Shown: positions 13,869-27,963, counted from the first letter of the stretch. The stretch: 64,000 nt of DNA from Octopus vulgaris (GCA_951406725.2 OX597837.1:10726001-10790000); one strand, 5' to 3'. Program-made: numbers and translations. The notes: generated from the letters alone by a model not told the origin.

Positions 13869-14055
13869 ATGTATGTATATTCCATAAAACTCCCGTCTTG
13901 TCCTGCATTCCATAAAACCACATCCCGCAACGGCCAGGTAGCGTTGCCAATAGCATCATTTGTCAGTCGATTGTTAATGAAATACGAAAGTTGGACATCG
14001 AGACTTTAGCAATAGGGACTTCTAAATTTCTTTTCCAAACACCAAAATTTTTTTA

Positions 14056-14690
14056 ATAATAATAATGAAATTATTGTATACTGTGCTCAGGTGAACCACA
14101 ACTTGTCAGAGTATATGCAGTAATGTACAAATGTCTGGAAAGCGAACAATGCGTGAGTCAGATACATGCTTGTGTGTGTATGGAGGGGAGAAAATCAGGT
14201 GTAGTGTTGGTGAATCTCAGAAAGCATGGAAGTTTTGAAGGATGCAGTGCTCCGACAACTAACAACTGATGCCGGCGGTTTGTTCCATGCTTCAGCAACT
14301 CTCAGCGTGAAAAAATGTTTCCTGAAGTCATGGGAGCTGTGCTGTTTTCTGACTTCGTAAATATGTCCACGGGTGTTAGATGGGTGGAGTTTGAAAAGGT
14401 GCTCAGAGTTATTGTTTGTACGATGGTTGATAATTTTATGGGTGTCTGCCAAGTCAGCTGCCAGACGTCGGAGTTTCAATGTGTCCATGCCCAGGGAAGT
14501 AAGGCGTTCAGGATATAGCAAATGCCTGATGGAGGGTATTCTTTTGGTTGCACGTCGCTGAACAGCTTCCAGACGATTGATGTCCTGGGCAAGATAGGGG
14601 TTCCAGACCGGTGATACAAATTCCAGGTGAGGTCTTACCATAGCTGTATAAAGCCGCAGATAGATAGTCGGAGAGCGGCTCACAAAGGAT
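14056..14690 (-). mobile_element. 5'-truncated CR1/L2-group LINE 3' end
   Basis: LYTAMVRPHLEFVSPVWNPY...LEAVQRRATKRIP...YPERL..LGMDTLKLRR...TRGH...RKHFFTLRVAEAWN; stop at 14195, short 3' UTR, (ATT)n tail near 14056. Confidence 0.9.
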
Positions 14691-15044
14691 TTGGTGAGTG
14701 ATGCCCAGTGGCTCTCAACTGGGGTCCATAAAAGATTTTTGGGGGTCCACATAACAAAATAGTAAATTGAGGGTCCACAATAGTATTTCAAGGGCCCCTG
14801 AAAAAATTTTGCTTTAGTTGTATGTATTGGTATGTATTGCAAGAAATAGGTTCCTTTCTCTAACATTTTACATCGTTCACCCTACACAAGTGAATGGGTG
14901 AAAAACAAAATAGGGATTTTGAATTAAGTGTCTATAAATTAAGTACCAGTTGCGTACTGAGGTGGATCTAATCGATTGGCCCTCCCCCCACTCCAAAAAT
15001 TTCGGGCCGTGTGCCTAGAGTAAAAAAGAATATATGATCACAAC

Positions 15045-15080
15045 TGTCCGACGAACGGGAACGTGAAATTATGAATAACA
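15045..15080 (+). ncRNA. Minimal type I hammerhead ribozyme-like motif
   Basis: UGU-CCGACGA-ACG(ggaa)CGU-GAAAUU(aug)AAUA-ACA: all three stems pair; core has a U4C variant. Confidence 0.55.
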
Positions 15081-15235
15081 TTTTTGTGAAAATTTTGCAG
15101 CTTCAATAAAAGTCGATTGCTCTACCTTCGGTAGTCGAGTACTATTTTTCTCACCTTGTTTTGCATTTATGCGCGTACACGTATGCACATACACATACAT
15201 ACACACACAGACACAGACACACAGACACAGACACA

Positions 15236-15324
<89 letters not shown>

Positions 15325-15499
15325 GTTATGTATAAAATCATTCTTAAGGCTCATTCAGCACTTTTCAGTAACTCTACAACATCACTGTTAATTATTTTCT
15401 TGAAAAACATTTGATACAGTTTTGGATATTTTAAGTTTGCATGCCGCCATTAAATTGATAACGGCTATTACAGATAGATAGATAGATAGATATACAGAC

Positions 15500-15540
<41 letters not shown>

Positions 15541-15575
15541 TACAGACAGATAGATAGATAGATAGATATACAGAC

Positions 15576-15658
<83 letters not shown>

Positions 15659-16195
15659 TAGACAGATAGATAGATAGATACTTACATACATACATGCATG
15701 CATACAGACATATATAAGTAGGTAGATAGATTGATACATACATACATACATACACACATACAAAGTGAGTTCAGTGCTATGCAATACTTTATCTACTCAA
15801 ACCAAATTCAAACACGGGAACTTTTGGGACTCTGGGAACGTTTGCACGCGCTTCCTGGGCTTCGGAATTGGTCACGAGTTGACTTCCTGCATGGATGGAT
15901 GGAAGGAGGGAGGGATAAACGTATGTATGTATGTATGTATGTATGTATGTATGTATGTATGTATGTATGTATGTATGTATGTAGGTAGGTATGTATGTAT
16001 GTATGTATGTATGTATGTATGTATGTATGTATGTATGTATGCATGTATCTATGTGTGTGTGTATATGTGCATGTATGTACGCATGTATATATATATATGC
16101 ATGCATGTAATATGTACCATGTACGTATGTATATATGTATATATGTATGTATGTCTGTATACATGCATATATGTGTGTATGCATGTATGTATGTG

Positions 16196-16227
<32 letters not shown>

Positions 16228-16826
16228 TGTATGTATGTATGCATGTATGTATATAATATATGTATGTGTATATGTGTACATGTATGTATGCATGCATGTA
16301 TGTATGTAATATATGTATGTAAGTATGTATGTATGTATGTGTATATATATGTATGCATATATATGTATGTAATGTGTGTATGTATGCATATATATATATG
16401 CAATGTATGTATGTATGCATGTATATATGTATGTATATATGTATGTATGCATGAAATGTATGTATGTGTGTGTATGTATGTATGTATGTATGTATGTATG
16501 TATGTATGCATGTTATGTATGTATGTAATGTATGTATATGTGTATGTATGTGTGTGTGTGTGTTCTAAGCGTGACTTTAAACGGCATCCAGTAGTGGGTC
16601 CTTAGTTCAGGATTTCCAGGGTTTTGACTAGTGCTGAACCACCTTTTAACTACCATTGTTCCAAGGTCTACCTGACCCTGGGTAGTAGTAGCTGCCAGGG
16701 CCCTAGCTAAGGGTTAACTAGCGTATTAGAGACGGGACCTAAAAATACTCGCGTTGATCTCCGAGGGCGCTATATGCCTGCTGAGAATGAGGTACCCCCG
16801 ATCTTTATCAAGGTGTCCCTCTACAT

Positions 16827-17027
16827 CAGTGCTTTTCAAACTTTTTGCTGGAGCGGAACCCCAAGAAAACATTCCACTGGTTCGAGGAACCCCTGTGCAA
16901 TAATTTAATAGTTTTATGCACACATATCTGCACAGGAGAATTAAAAATTACTGTCGATTTTAGCAGTTTTGTAACTTCTTGCGGAACCCCTGGACTGTAC
17001 TGACGGAACCCTGGTTGAAGACCACTG
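16827..17027. mobile_element. hAT (Charlie-like) MITE
   Basis: TIRs cagtgcttttcaaac / ggttgaagaccactg; perfect 8-bp TSD CTCTACAT at 16819-16826 and 17028-17035. Confidence 0.9.
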
Positions 17028-17318
17028 CTCTACATGAAGGCCAGCTTGTATATAAAACCCACTGAGCTGGAGATCTTGCCCTTTGCTTGTCTCTGCCTCT
17101 CTTGGTTATTGCAAGTGAAAGTCCTTGCGGTGTTGTGCAAACAGCGCTTGACTAAAAAAAAAAAAACTCTTGTACGGGCATAGCTCATACTTAGCTGTAA
17201 GCAATGGACTTGTTCCTCTAACGAGTAGACAACCCTTCGTATATCTATGTAGATATGTGGACGTACTTGAACGCTTGTCTTAAAGGTGTCACCAACGAAC
17301 AAGAACGTGTATAAGGAC

Positions 17319-17398
<80 letters not shown>

Positions 17399-17827
17399 GC
17401 ATATATATGCAATATATATATATACATGCATATATATGTGTGTGTGTTTCATGTTGAATTCTATCGATTTCTTTAGACTGTGTCAGAATTAAGGAATGCA
17501 AAGGAATTCCATTGAATCCCCAAAACCTTTCCTTATCAGGGTACCAGCCAATGAAATCGAAGGATTCACCTATTTCCTGTTACCTAACAACCAATCCTTC
17601 TAAACCTTAAAAGGGATTTGATCCGGTAAGGAGCACCAGGAAAAAAAAAAAGGGGGAAAAATTAGCTAAAAAGAAAAGGATTACTCGATTCCCTTTCTTT
17701 TGGGCGTCCTTACAGCTTCAACATATTTGCTTTGATTAACAATGCTTAAAAGGCGGGATGGGGTCACCGTCGAACAAGAACGGCCAGTCTTTTGGGCTTC
17801 CGTACAATTTCCATCTATTTGATTTCA

Positions 17828-17985
17828 TTAACCCATTTTAACCCTGGTTAACACTGTCGAAATTTTAAACATAGTTATATAAATTGGGATTACAAACATA
17901 CGGAAGCGTCCAGTTAAACTTTATTGCAGTAAACAAACCAAAAACAATTGCCCTCAAACGAGGACAGTGGGTTAAAATGGGTTAA
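17828..17985. mobile_element. piggyBac-like MITE
   Basis: TTAA-cccattttaaccc ... gggttaaaatggg-TTAA. Confidence 0.75.
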
Positions 17986-18567
17986 GAATGCTTGGGACCA
18001 GACGATGATATAGTAAATGATATTTGCTCAATATGCCAGGAAGCGGTATCGAACCAGAGACTTCGCTAGTGCGAAGGAATGTTCTGAACCATTCCGCTAT
18101 GCCGGTAACCTGCCCACATGTGTGCATTCACACATGCTGCATGTTCGAATGCATACATGTGAACATATTTGCCTGTGTTTGCGCGTGTGTGTGTGAGTGT
18201 CTTTGTGTATGTGTGTGTGTGCGGGGATTCTCATTGTGTGTATGTGCATGTGTGTGTGTGTATTTGCATGTGTGTATGTGGGGGTGTTTTTGTGTGTATG
18301 CGTGTATGTGAAGACGGCTCTGTGTTTGCTGTGTGCGTGAGTGAACGCATGTGAGTGTATAATAGGAGGGTGTTTTTGCGTATGTGTATATGTGTGTGTG
18401 TTTGTGCATGTGTGTAAGTGCATGTGTGTGTATGTGTGTGTGAGGATGTGTGTATGTGTGAGTGTGTGTGTGTGTGTATCTGCATGCGTGATCGGATCTT
18501 TGTGCGTATTCATACGTTTCTGGCGAATGTGTGTGTTAACAAGTATGTAGGTGTTAACATATCAGAG

Positions 18568-18630
<63 letters not shown>

Positions 18631-18874
18631 TGTGAGTGAGTGTATATACAACTTGTGATGAATATGTGCACATGAGAGTCTTGATGTGTATGAATATCTA
18701 ATGGCACGTGTGACTATGAAGCATTGTATAAGAGATAGAACTGCGTGTGTATATATACATTTATATATACACATGGATACATATATAAGGACGTGTGTAT
18801 ATGTATATATATATAAATGTACAAATATATATATATATATGTATATATATACCTATGCGTGTGTATGACAACGT

Positions 18875-18938
<64 letters not shown>

Positions 18939-18940
18939 GC

Positions 18941-18974
<34 letters not shown>

Positions 18975-19392
18975 TTCATGTTGAATTCTATCGATTTCTT
19001 TTGACTGTGTCAGAATTAAGGAATGCTAAGGAATTCCATTGAATCCCCGAAACCTTTCCTTATCTGGGTACCAGCCAATGGAATCGAAGGATTCACCTAT
19101 TTCCTGTTACCTAACAACCAATCCTACAAAGCCTTAAAAGGGATTTGATCCGGTAAGGAGCACCAGGAAAAAAAAAGGGGAAAAGATTAGCTAAAAAGAA
19201 AAGGATTACTCGATTCCCTTTCATATTGTTGTTGTTGTTTAACCCCAGGTCGTCTTTGATCCAGGGGACCTATGTGTGATTCACGACATTCCAGCTATGG
19301 CCATCAAGATATAATTTTTGGCGCAGTGTATCAAGGAAAACGTTTTCCAATGTGGTCTTTGATGTTGATGTTCAGCCGCGGTGGGGAGCAAA

Positions 19393-19425
<33 letters not shown>

Positions 19426-19447
19426 GCGCGCACACACACATACACAC

Positions 19448-19523
<76 letters not shown>

Positions 19524-19524
<1 letters not shown>

Positions 19525-19739
19525 CTCTTTTACTCTTTTACTTGTTTCAGTCATTTGACTGTGGCCATGCTGGAGCACCGCCTTTAGTCGAGCGAATCGA
19601 TCCCGGGACTTATTCTTTGTAAGCCCAGTACTTATTCTATCGGTCTCTTTTTTGCCGAACCGCTAAGTGACGGGGACATAAACACACCAGCATCGGTTGT
19701 CAAGCAACGCTAGAGGGACAAACACAGACACAAACACAT

Positions 19740-19796
<57 letters not shown>

Positions 19797-19958
19797 TACG
19801 ACAGGATTCTTTCAGTTTCCGTCTACCAAATCCACTCACAAGGCATTGGTCGGCCCGAGGCTATAGCAGAAGACACTTGCCCAAGATGCCACGCAGTGGG
19901 ACTGAACCCGGAACCATGTGGTTGGTAAGCAAGCTACTTACCACACAGCCTCTCCTGC
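19524..19958 (-). mobile_element. SINE family A, full length
   Basis: Same consensus. Confidence 0.85.
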
Positions 19959-19964
19959 GGATGT

Positions 19965-20380
19965 ATATTTCTTTACGACCCACAAGGGGCTAAACATGGA
20001 GGGGACAAACAAAGACAGACAAACGGATTAAGTCTATTACATCGACCCCAGTGCGTAACTGCTACTTAATTTATCGACCCCGAAAGGATGAAAGACAAAG
20101 TCGATCGGCGGAATTTGAACTCAGAACGTAACGGCAGACGAAATACCTATTTCTTTGCTACCCACAAGGGGCTAAACATAGAGGGGACAAACAAGGACAT
20201 ACAAACGGATTAAGTCGATTACATCGACCCCAGTGCGTAACTGGTACTTATTTACTCGACCCCGAAAGGATGAAAGGCAAAGTCGACCTTGGCTGAATTT
20301 GAACTCAGAACATAACGGCAGACGAAATACGGCTACGCATTTTGCCCAGCGTGCTAACGTTTCTGCCAGCTCGCCGCCTT
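19965..20380 (-). mobile_element. SINE family B, tandem arrangement
   Basis: Reverse complement of the family B consensus with an internally repeated 3' part. Confidence 0.8.
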
Positions 20381-20796
20381 AGCGAGTACTTAGCGACTCT
20401 AGTACTTATTGGCGTAAACACACCAATACCGGTTGTCAAGCAGTGGTGAGGGACAAAGACAGACACAAAGATACACACATATATATATATACACATATAC
20501 GATGGGCTTCTTTCAGTTTCCCTCTACCAAATCCACTCGCAAGGCTTTGGTCGGTCCGAGTCTATAGTAGAACTCACTTGCCTAAGGTGTTGTGAGATAG
20601 TGTCTTTGATAAACTATGCCTGAATGATAAATGGATGGTCATAGTTGGAACGACGTAGATCATAAACAGGTCTCATGTTTCGAAGGTGGCTTGGGGTTAA
20701 ACAACAACACCTTTATGTATGTGAATCATGTCGTCCTTTGCTTTGCGGTCAAAATGTGTGTGTGTGCATGTGTGTGTGTGTGTATGTGTGTGTGTG

Positions 20797-20836
<40 letters not shown>

Positions 20837-21939
20837 CTTGAATGGGTATTTGCTCCTTACAGGATCAATTCCTGTTGATGGTTCAGTCTGATTGGTTGTT
20901 AGGTAACAGGAAATAGGTGAATCCTTCGATTTGATTGGCCGGTGCCCCAGATAAGGACACGTTTTGGGAGCTTCAATGGAATTCTTTGGAATTCTTTAAG
21001 TCTTACACACACATATTTCTATGTTTGTACATACAAATATGTATATATATATATATATATACATCTAGGTAAGCATATACATATATTTTTCTATATACAC
21101 ACATATATACATATATACACACACTCATATATATATATATATATACATACACAGATACATACATACACGCATACACATATATATGTGCATACACAGATAC
21201 ATACACATATATGTATGCATACACAGATGCGTGCATATGCAAATGCATACACACGCACACGATTTACCACACGCACACACACATACATGCATACACGCAC
21301 ACATAATAAGAAGTAAAATGGATTAATAAATCCAGGCAGATATCTAGAAAGCCCTCAGTGTGAAGCGAACTTGAATAACTACATCAAAAAAACAAAAGAA
21401 ATCAAACAAATACCTATAAATTCGAATAGAATTCATATCCGAGGAAATTCCTCGTCTGTGATATAAATCTAAATATCGCTGAGAAGAATTTCCAGAAATC
21501 CGGAGTAAAATGACAACATGAGCAAGAATGGAGAAAATCACATCTTCAGTTGGTGATTACTCCATACGTCCCTGAAGGTCGTTTCTATTGTGTCAGCATA
21601 TTTAGGTATAGAAAACAAGTATAAAGTAAGTGGAACCAATATATCGGAGAGTTTATGCAAACACAATGCTATGAAGGTAATCCTAAACAGATTAAATTCA
21701 AAGTAAACTGAAATAACTATAATACATGAATGCATACAAAAAGAAAGTTAAGAAGAAATATAACATTCTAAGAAAATCCAGTTTGGTATTTATACGTACA
21801 ATGACGACTGTTGAATGAAAAATAAACAGAATTTCTAAGTTACATTATCTAGTTATTAGTGTATGCTAAAAAAATGAGAAAACTTATTCTTATTCCACTA
21901 TAGGAAAAGCATTTATAATGAAGGTGTTATTTACTATTG

Positions 21940-22680
21940 AAATATTCAAACGTTTTTCTATATTTATGGGAACATTTCAGCGTAAGACTGGTTCTATAAT
22001 TTAATCATTTTAATTTTAAAGTAATTGTATAATACATAACTTCTAGGCAAGATTACGTTTAAAATGACCAGTAATTACCAGTATGATACGATGGAGCGTA
22101 ACTAATAATGGACCACTTTATATCGTAGTTAATGTTCCCGCCTTTCAAATTCTAAACGTATTTACTAATATACTTAGAATTACATTTCCTCCTAAATCTA
22201 AATTTAGAAGAAAGTTTATGTAATCTAGATTTCCAAATCGTAGCAGAAGAACCTATATAATAATACGTACGATCTCCTACCATTATCAATACATTGATAT
22301 ACTATATTCTTCATTAAACACTGATTTTCTAAAGGACATATAAGTTTGTTTCTGAAATTACAAAGGCGTTTATTCACTCGTATGTGGCACTCATGGTTAA
22401 AGGAATTAGTACTAACTCTACTCTGAGAATTATGTGTTAAACCAGAATTATTACCAGTACTATAATCAATATAATTAATTACATGGTGTTATGTTAAAGA
22501 TATTAATTTCACTGTTGGAATTACCTTCACCTAAAGTATCAAAAACCTGATGTATTATAAGATATTATTTCAGTTTGCTTTGAATTCACTCCATTTTGGA
22601 TTACCCTTATAACATTGGGTTCGCATAAATTTTCTGATATTTAGGTTTGGGTGGTATTTAGTACCTTTTATCATTATATC
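21940..22680 (-). mobile_element. Decayed Penelope-like retroelement, GIY-YIG endonuclease region
   Basis: Minus-strand pieces CNFRNKLICPLENQCLMKNIVYQC, YIGSSATIWKSRL, ISKYV*NLKGGNINYDIKWSIISYAPSY and KCSHKY match the Cys-rich linker plus GIY-YIG layout of Penelope-like elements; stops and frameshifts. Confidence 0.75.
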
Positions 22681-22905
22681 ATAGGCGCAGGTGTGGCTGT
22701 GTAGATAGGCGCAGGTGCGACTGTGTGGCAAGAGGGTTGCTTCCCAAACTCATGGTTCCGGGTTTAGTCCCGTCGCGTAATATCTTTGTTGTGTCGTCTC
22801 CATCATCATGAAACCTTGGGTTCCACAAGAGTAACAAAAATTTTAATTGAATGTGTGTATATGTGTTCTCGCTCTCTTTCTCTCTTCGTATGTGTGTGCG
22901 TGTGT

Positions 22906-22946
<41 letters not shown>

Positions 22947-23964
22947 TTTCACGAACATATATTCGTCGTAAAACACGAAAGATGGGATTTTTCTCAACGG
23001 TGTCCCTTACTATATTTGTACTGAACCTACTTGCAGAAACTCCCCTATTACTTTAGCCATCTAAAAGTACAGTGGACCATGAATTGGTTGCACCAATGAT
23101 AACAATTCTTATTATTCACTAATTTAGCATCACAAAAAGACCATTAATCATTTAATCCAAATATGTGTGTACGTCTATGTCTGTAAGCATGTGTATGTGT
23201 ATACGTAAGAATTTCTCTTTGTGTAAGTGTGTGTATGTGTATGTACATGTGGTATGCATGTGAGTGTGTGCATGCCTGTGTGAGTGTATTTGCCTCTGTG
23301 TGTATGTGTATGTGTGTTTTTTTAGTGTGTATAACTGTGGTGTGTATTTCTTTTAAATGCAAATATCTGTGTGTGAGTATGTGTCTGTGTGTGTGTGTGT
23401 GTGCGCACATTTCTGTGCGTCTGAGAGTGTGTGTATGTGTGCCTGTATGCGTGTGTGCGTCAGAGTATGGTATGTATGTCTGTGTGTGTGTATTTTGTGT
23501 GTGTGTGCGTGTGTATGTGTGTATGTCTGAGTTTGGAATATATTCTCCTCACTCCCTGATGAGTCTGCGTATGTATCTGTGTACCTGTGCTCCTATGTGT
23601 GTGCGTATGTGTGCGTGTGTGTATATGTGTGCTTCCGTGGGTGTATGACTGCTCTCAGTGGGGTATGTGTGTGTGTGTGTGTGTGTGAGCATGTCCCTCT
23701 GTGTGTGTGTGTGTGTGTGTGTGTGTACCTCGATGTCTTTTCCTCATTCCCTGATGTCTCTAACGCGATCTTTTTTTTATACTTAAAGCTTTCTCACATC
23801 AAAATTTTTACTCATCATCCGACAACCTCACCAAACTCCCTCCACGCCCACCCCCCACTAAACCATCCGCTAACTTTTCCCTTTCTTCTGTTTCATCAGG
23901 AACCGAATAAAAGAATCGAAATTCAATTCTACAAAAATTAAGAACTAATTAATTAGCTTGTTGT

Positions 23965-24344
23965 CATGCTGGTGATTGTGGTGGTATTGGTGGTGGTGGT
24001 TTTTGTTGTGGTGGTATTGGTGGTGGTGGTGGTAGTGGTGGTGGTGGTGGTGGTGATGGTGGTGGTATTGGTGGTGGTGGTGGTGGTGGTGGTATTGGTG
24101 GTGGTGGTGGTGGTATTGGTGGTGGTGGTGGTGGTGGTGGTGGTGGTGGTGGTGGTGGTGGTGGTGGTGGTATTGGTGGTATTGGTGGTATTGGTGGTAT
24201 TGGTGGTACTGGTGGTGGTGGTGGTGGTGGTGGTGGTATTGGTGGTGGTGGTGGTGGTGGTGGTATTGGTGGTGGTGGTGGTGGTATTGGTGGTGGTGGT
24301 ATTGGTGGTGGTGGTATGGGTGGTGGTGGTGGTGGTATTGGTGG

Positions 24345-24375
<31 letters not shown>

Positions 24376-24591
24376 ATTGGTGGTATTGGTGGTATTGGTG
24401 GTATTGGTGGTACTGGTGGTGGTGGTGGTGGTGGTGGTGGTGGTGGTGGTGGTGGTGGTGGTGGTGGTGGTGGTGGTGGTGGTGGTGATGGTCGTGATGA
24501 TGGTTGTGGTGGTGGTGGTCAGCTGGTAGTTGTTGTATAGAGATGCGTTGCTGGCGGTGGTGGTAGAGCTGGTACGGCTGGTGATGATGAC

Positions 24592-24623
<32 letters not shown>

Positions 24624-24636
24624 CGACGACGACGAC

Positions 24637-24671
<35 letters not shown>

Positions 24672-24791
24672 CGATGACGATGGTGTTGATGATGATGATG
24701 ATGATGATGATGACGACGACGACGACGACGACGACGATGATGATGATGATGTTGATGATGATGATGATGTTGATGACGACGACGACGACGA

Positions 24792-24823
<32 letters not shown>

Positions 24824-25165
24824 ATGGTGGTGTTATGGCGACGAAGTGCCTATGGGGGATAGTTTTGGTGACGGGGTGGGGGTTCTGGTGGCAGTAGTTT
24901 CGGTAATGAGGTGTTGAGGGCGATGGTGGTGGTGGTGGTGGTGGAGGTGGTGGTAGTGGTGGTGGTTGTGGTAGTGGTGGTGGTGGTGGTGGTGGTGGTG
25001 GTGGTGGTGGTGGTGGTGGTGGTGGCGGTGGTGGTGGTGGCGGTGGCGGTGGTGGCGGTGGTGGCGGTGAATGTGGTATGTGGTGATGGAGGGTCTTGTG
25101 GTAGTGATTTCAGTGATGAGGTGTTGTGGGTGGTGATAATAGTGGTAGTTTTGGTGGTGGTGCTG
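23965..25165. repeat. (GGT)n/(GAT)n/(GAC)n compound microsatellite
   Basis: Direct inspection. Confidence 0.95.
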
Positions 25166-25504
25166 GGCACAAAAATAAATGAATAATTATTCAAAAACAT
25201 AAACCGTTGTGAAAGCCGCTCCACGGCTTTCTTTGTTGTATATGTATAATTATTATAATTATTATAATTATTCTATTTTGATGAGTTTGTTTTTGTCATT
25301 AACCTGTACGTTCGTTAACTATTCCCAGTAGGTTTTCGCCTCTGGCGCCACCAAACGGGAATGATATCGACTTTGAAGGCACGAAATCGTAATGATCTTT
25401 TAGATGATGACTGATGAGGAATTATCTAAGAATTTTCCGTTTGTTGTTTTTGTAATATTTTCCATTTGCTGTGCTTTTGTTAAATTTTTGAAATGTGTAT
25501 GCGT

Positions 25505-25575
<71 letters not shown>

Positions 25576-25581
25576 AGAGAC

Positions 25582-25747
25582 AGAGAGGCTTCTACACTGT
25601 TTCCTTCTTCCAAAATCACTAAAAAAGACAATGTGTATGCATATGTGCGACAGAGAGAGAGAGAGAGAGAAAGAGAAAGAGAGGCTTCCACACAGTTTCC
25701 TTCTTCCAAAATCACTAAAAAAGACAATGTGTATGCGTGTGTGTGGC

Positions 25748-25781
<34 letters not shown>

Positions 25782-25862
25782 TGAGAAAGAGGGAGAGACA
25801 GAAAGAGAGAGAGAGAGAGGCTTCCACGTTGTTTCCTTCTTCCAAAGTCACTCAAAAAGACA
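25582..25862 (+). repeat. Three tandem ~100-135-bp units separated by (GA)n
   Basis: gagaggcttc.ac...gtttccttcttccaaa.tcact.aaaaagaca at ~25583, 25680 and 25816. Confidence 0.8.
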
Positions 25863-26457
25863 TTGGGCAGCTCAGGTTTATAGCAAAGGTCACTTGCTCA
25901 ATATGCTGCGCGCGTCGTGGGAATGAACTCAAAGCCAAGTGGTTGCAAAGCCAGCTTCTTAACCACACAGCTATGCTTGCAATTATGTAAAGTAAAAAAA
26001 AAACATAACAAAAAAAAACAACAAAGGAATAAAGATGGCGGCATCAAATTTTTAATCAGTGACAATCGTTTCAATAATCGGCAGAAAACTTTTTTTTTTA
26101 CATCAATCAACATGATGAGTTATATATACAACCTCTGTAAAACCATCCGTCATTAAACGAAAGTTCTTCTAATCATTTCTTGAGACTAAGTGAAGAAGGT
26201 AACACCGAACTACAAACTGGTTTTCATCGAAGGAAAACAAAAAAGCAAAGGAATCTATCAAATGGAGCAAAGAGTGGAGGAGAGAGGAGACGAGTGATAA
26301 ATTATAATCGTCAGGTCGTCACGTCATCAGGAAAAAAAATCACTGAAGAAGGAGTGAAGAGAAATAAATTGTTTTATTAGGTTTCCAGCGTTAAATGTAT
26401 TGTAAACAGTTTGGACCATTAGCAGTGACAAACCAAGAACGGACTAATTTATCGTGC

Positions 26458-26495
<38 letters not shown>

Positions 26496-26545
26496 ATACG
26501 TATGTATGTGTGTGTGTGTGTATACGTATGTATGTGTGCGTGTGC

Positions 26546-26593
<48 letters not shown>

Positions 26594-26702
26594 ATGTATG
26601 TATATATATGTATATGTATGTATATGTATGTATATATATATGTATGTATATGTATGTATATATATGTATATGTATGTATATGTATGTATATATATATGTA
26701 TG

Positions 26703-26747
<45 letters not shown>

Positions 26748-26754
26748 ATGTATG

Positions 26755-26840
<86 letters not shown>

Positions 26841-26849
26841 TATATTTGC

Positions 26850-26886
<37 letters not shown>

Positions 26887-26980
26887 ATCCAAACAAGAAA
26901 GCACAAAAAAACACAACAACGCGAGGACGTGGAACAAATATAGTATTATTGGACGCTCAAGAAAGAAAGAAAGAAGGAGG

Positions 26981-27015
26981 GTTTAACGTTTCGAGCGGAG
27001 CTCATCGTCGGAAAC
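26981..27015 (-). ncRNA. Minimal hammerhead-like motif in a ~220-bp (TA)n-flanked element (26883-27100)
   Basis: GUUU-CCGACGA-u-GAGC(ucc)GCUC-GAAACGUUAAAC with palindromic stem III. Confidence 0.55.
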
Positions 27016-27096
27016 ATAGGAGAAAGAAAGATCCAGAGAAGGGAAGACAGAGGAAAAAATCGCCAACGGTACACACGCGGTCACATTTTGAATTAC

Positions 27097-27133
<37 letters not shown>

Positions 27134-27200
27134 CAATTTCCCTTTGTATGACGGTCATTTTTCATAGCATTTTTTCGATGGCCGGATAACTGAAGAGATG

Positions 27201-27240
<40 letters not shown>

Positions 27241-27793
27241 CCTGCTCGCTTAGCCAGCGGGGTGGCGTCATCTGAGAGCCTCATCGGTCACGGTGATATA
27301 TATATATATATATATATATACGATGGGCTTCTTTCAGTTTCCGTCTACCAAATCCACTGCCAAGGCTTTGGTCGGCGCGAAGCTATAGTAGAAGACACTT
27401 GCCCAAGGTGCCACGCAGTGGGTCTGAACCCGGAACCATGTGGCTGGTAAGCAAACTTCTTACCACACAGTCACGCCTGCGCCTATGTAAGTAGAGAGAG
27501 AGAGAGTGGAAGAGTGTGAGAGAGAGAAGGGTGAGAGGAAGAGTGTGAGAGGAAGAGAGAGGGAAAGGGAGAGATGATGATGTAAAGGAAGAGGCGGTAA
27601 ACTTGAAAGCGAGAGGTGACCTTTTGTTGCAGCGACTCTCACACGCTCGGCTGCGTTTAAAGCGCCACACCTAAAGTCAATCAGTTTGCTAGGGAAAAGG
27701 TGGGGGGGAAGTGGAAGTGGTGAGACGGCGGAAGGAACGTGGCCGAGTAAATTCGTTCACCATCCTCCATTTAATTAATTATCCTCTGTACTG

Positions 27794-27854
<61 letters not shown>

Positions 27855-27932
27855 GGTGGAGGTGTGGTAGTGGTGGTAGTCTAGTGTTATAATTGTAGTT
27901 AGCTTGGATACTATCAAGTGGGTACGTCGATA

Positions 27933-27963
<31 letters not shown>

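Larger units (their letters stand above)
17445..21005. repeat. Locally triplicated ~250-bp module (17445-17696 +, 18970-19220 +, ~20850-21005 inverted and diverged)
   Basis: Shared aatcgaaggattcacctatttcctgttacctaacaaccaatc in all three copies. Confidence 0.85.

Noticed and set aside
14690-14866. N-terminal extension of the 223-aa ORF
   Set aside because: Chance read-through from an adjacent hAT-like MITE fragment into the truncated LINE.
23966-24862. Poly-Val/Gly/Met ORFs
   Set aside because: Trinucleotide microsatellite.
25582-25862. CRISPR-like repeat-spacer appearance
   Set aside because: Spacers are (GA)n microsatellite of variable length, the context is eukaryotic and there are no cas genes.
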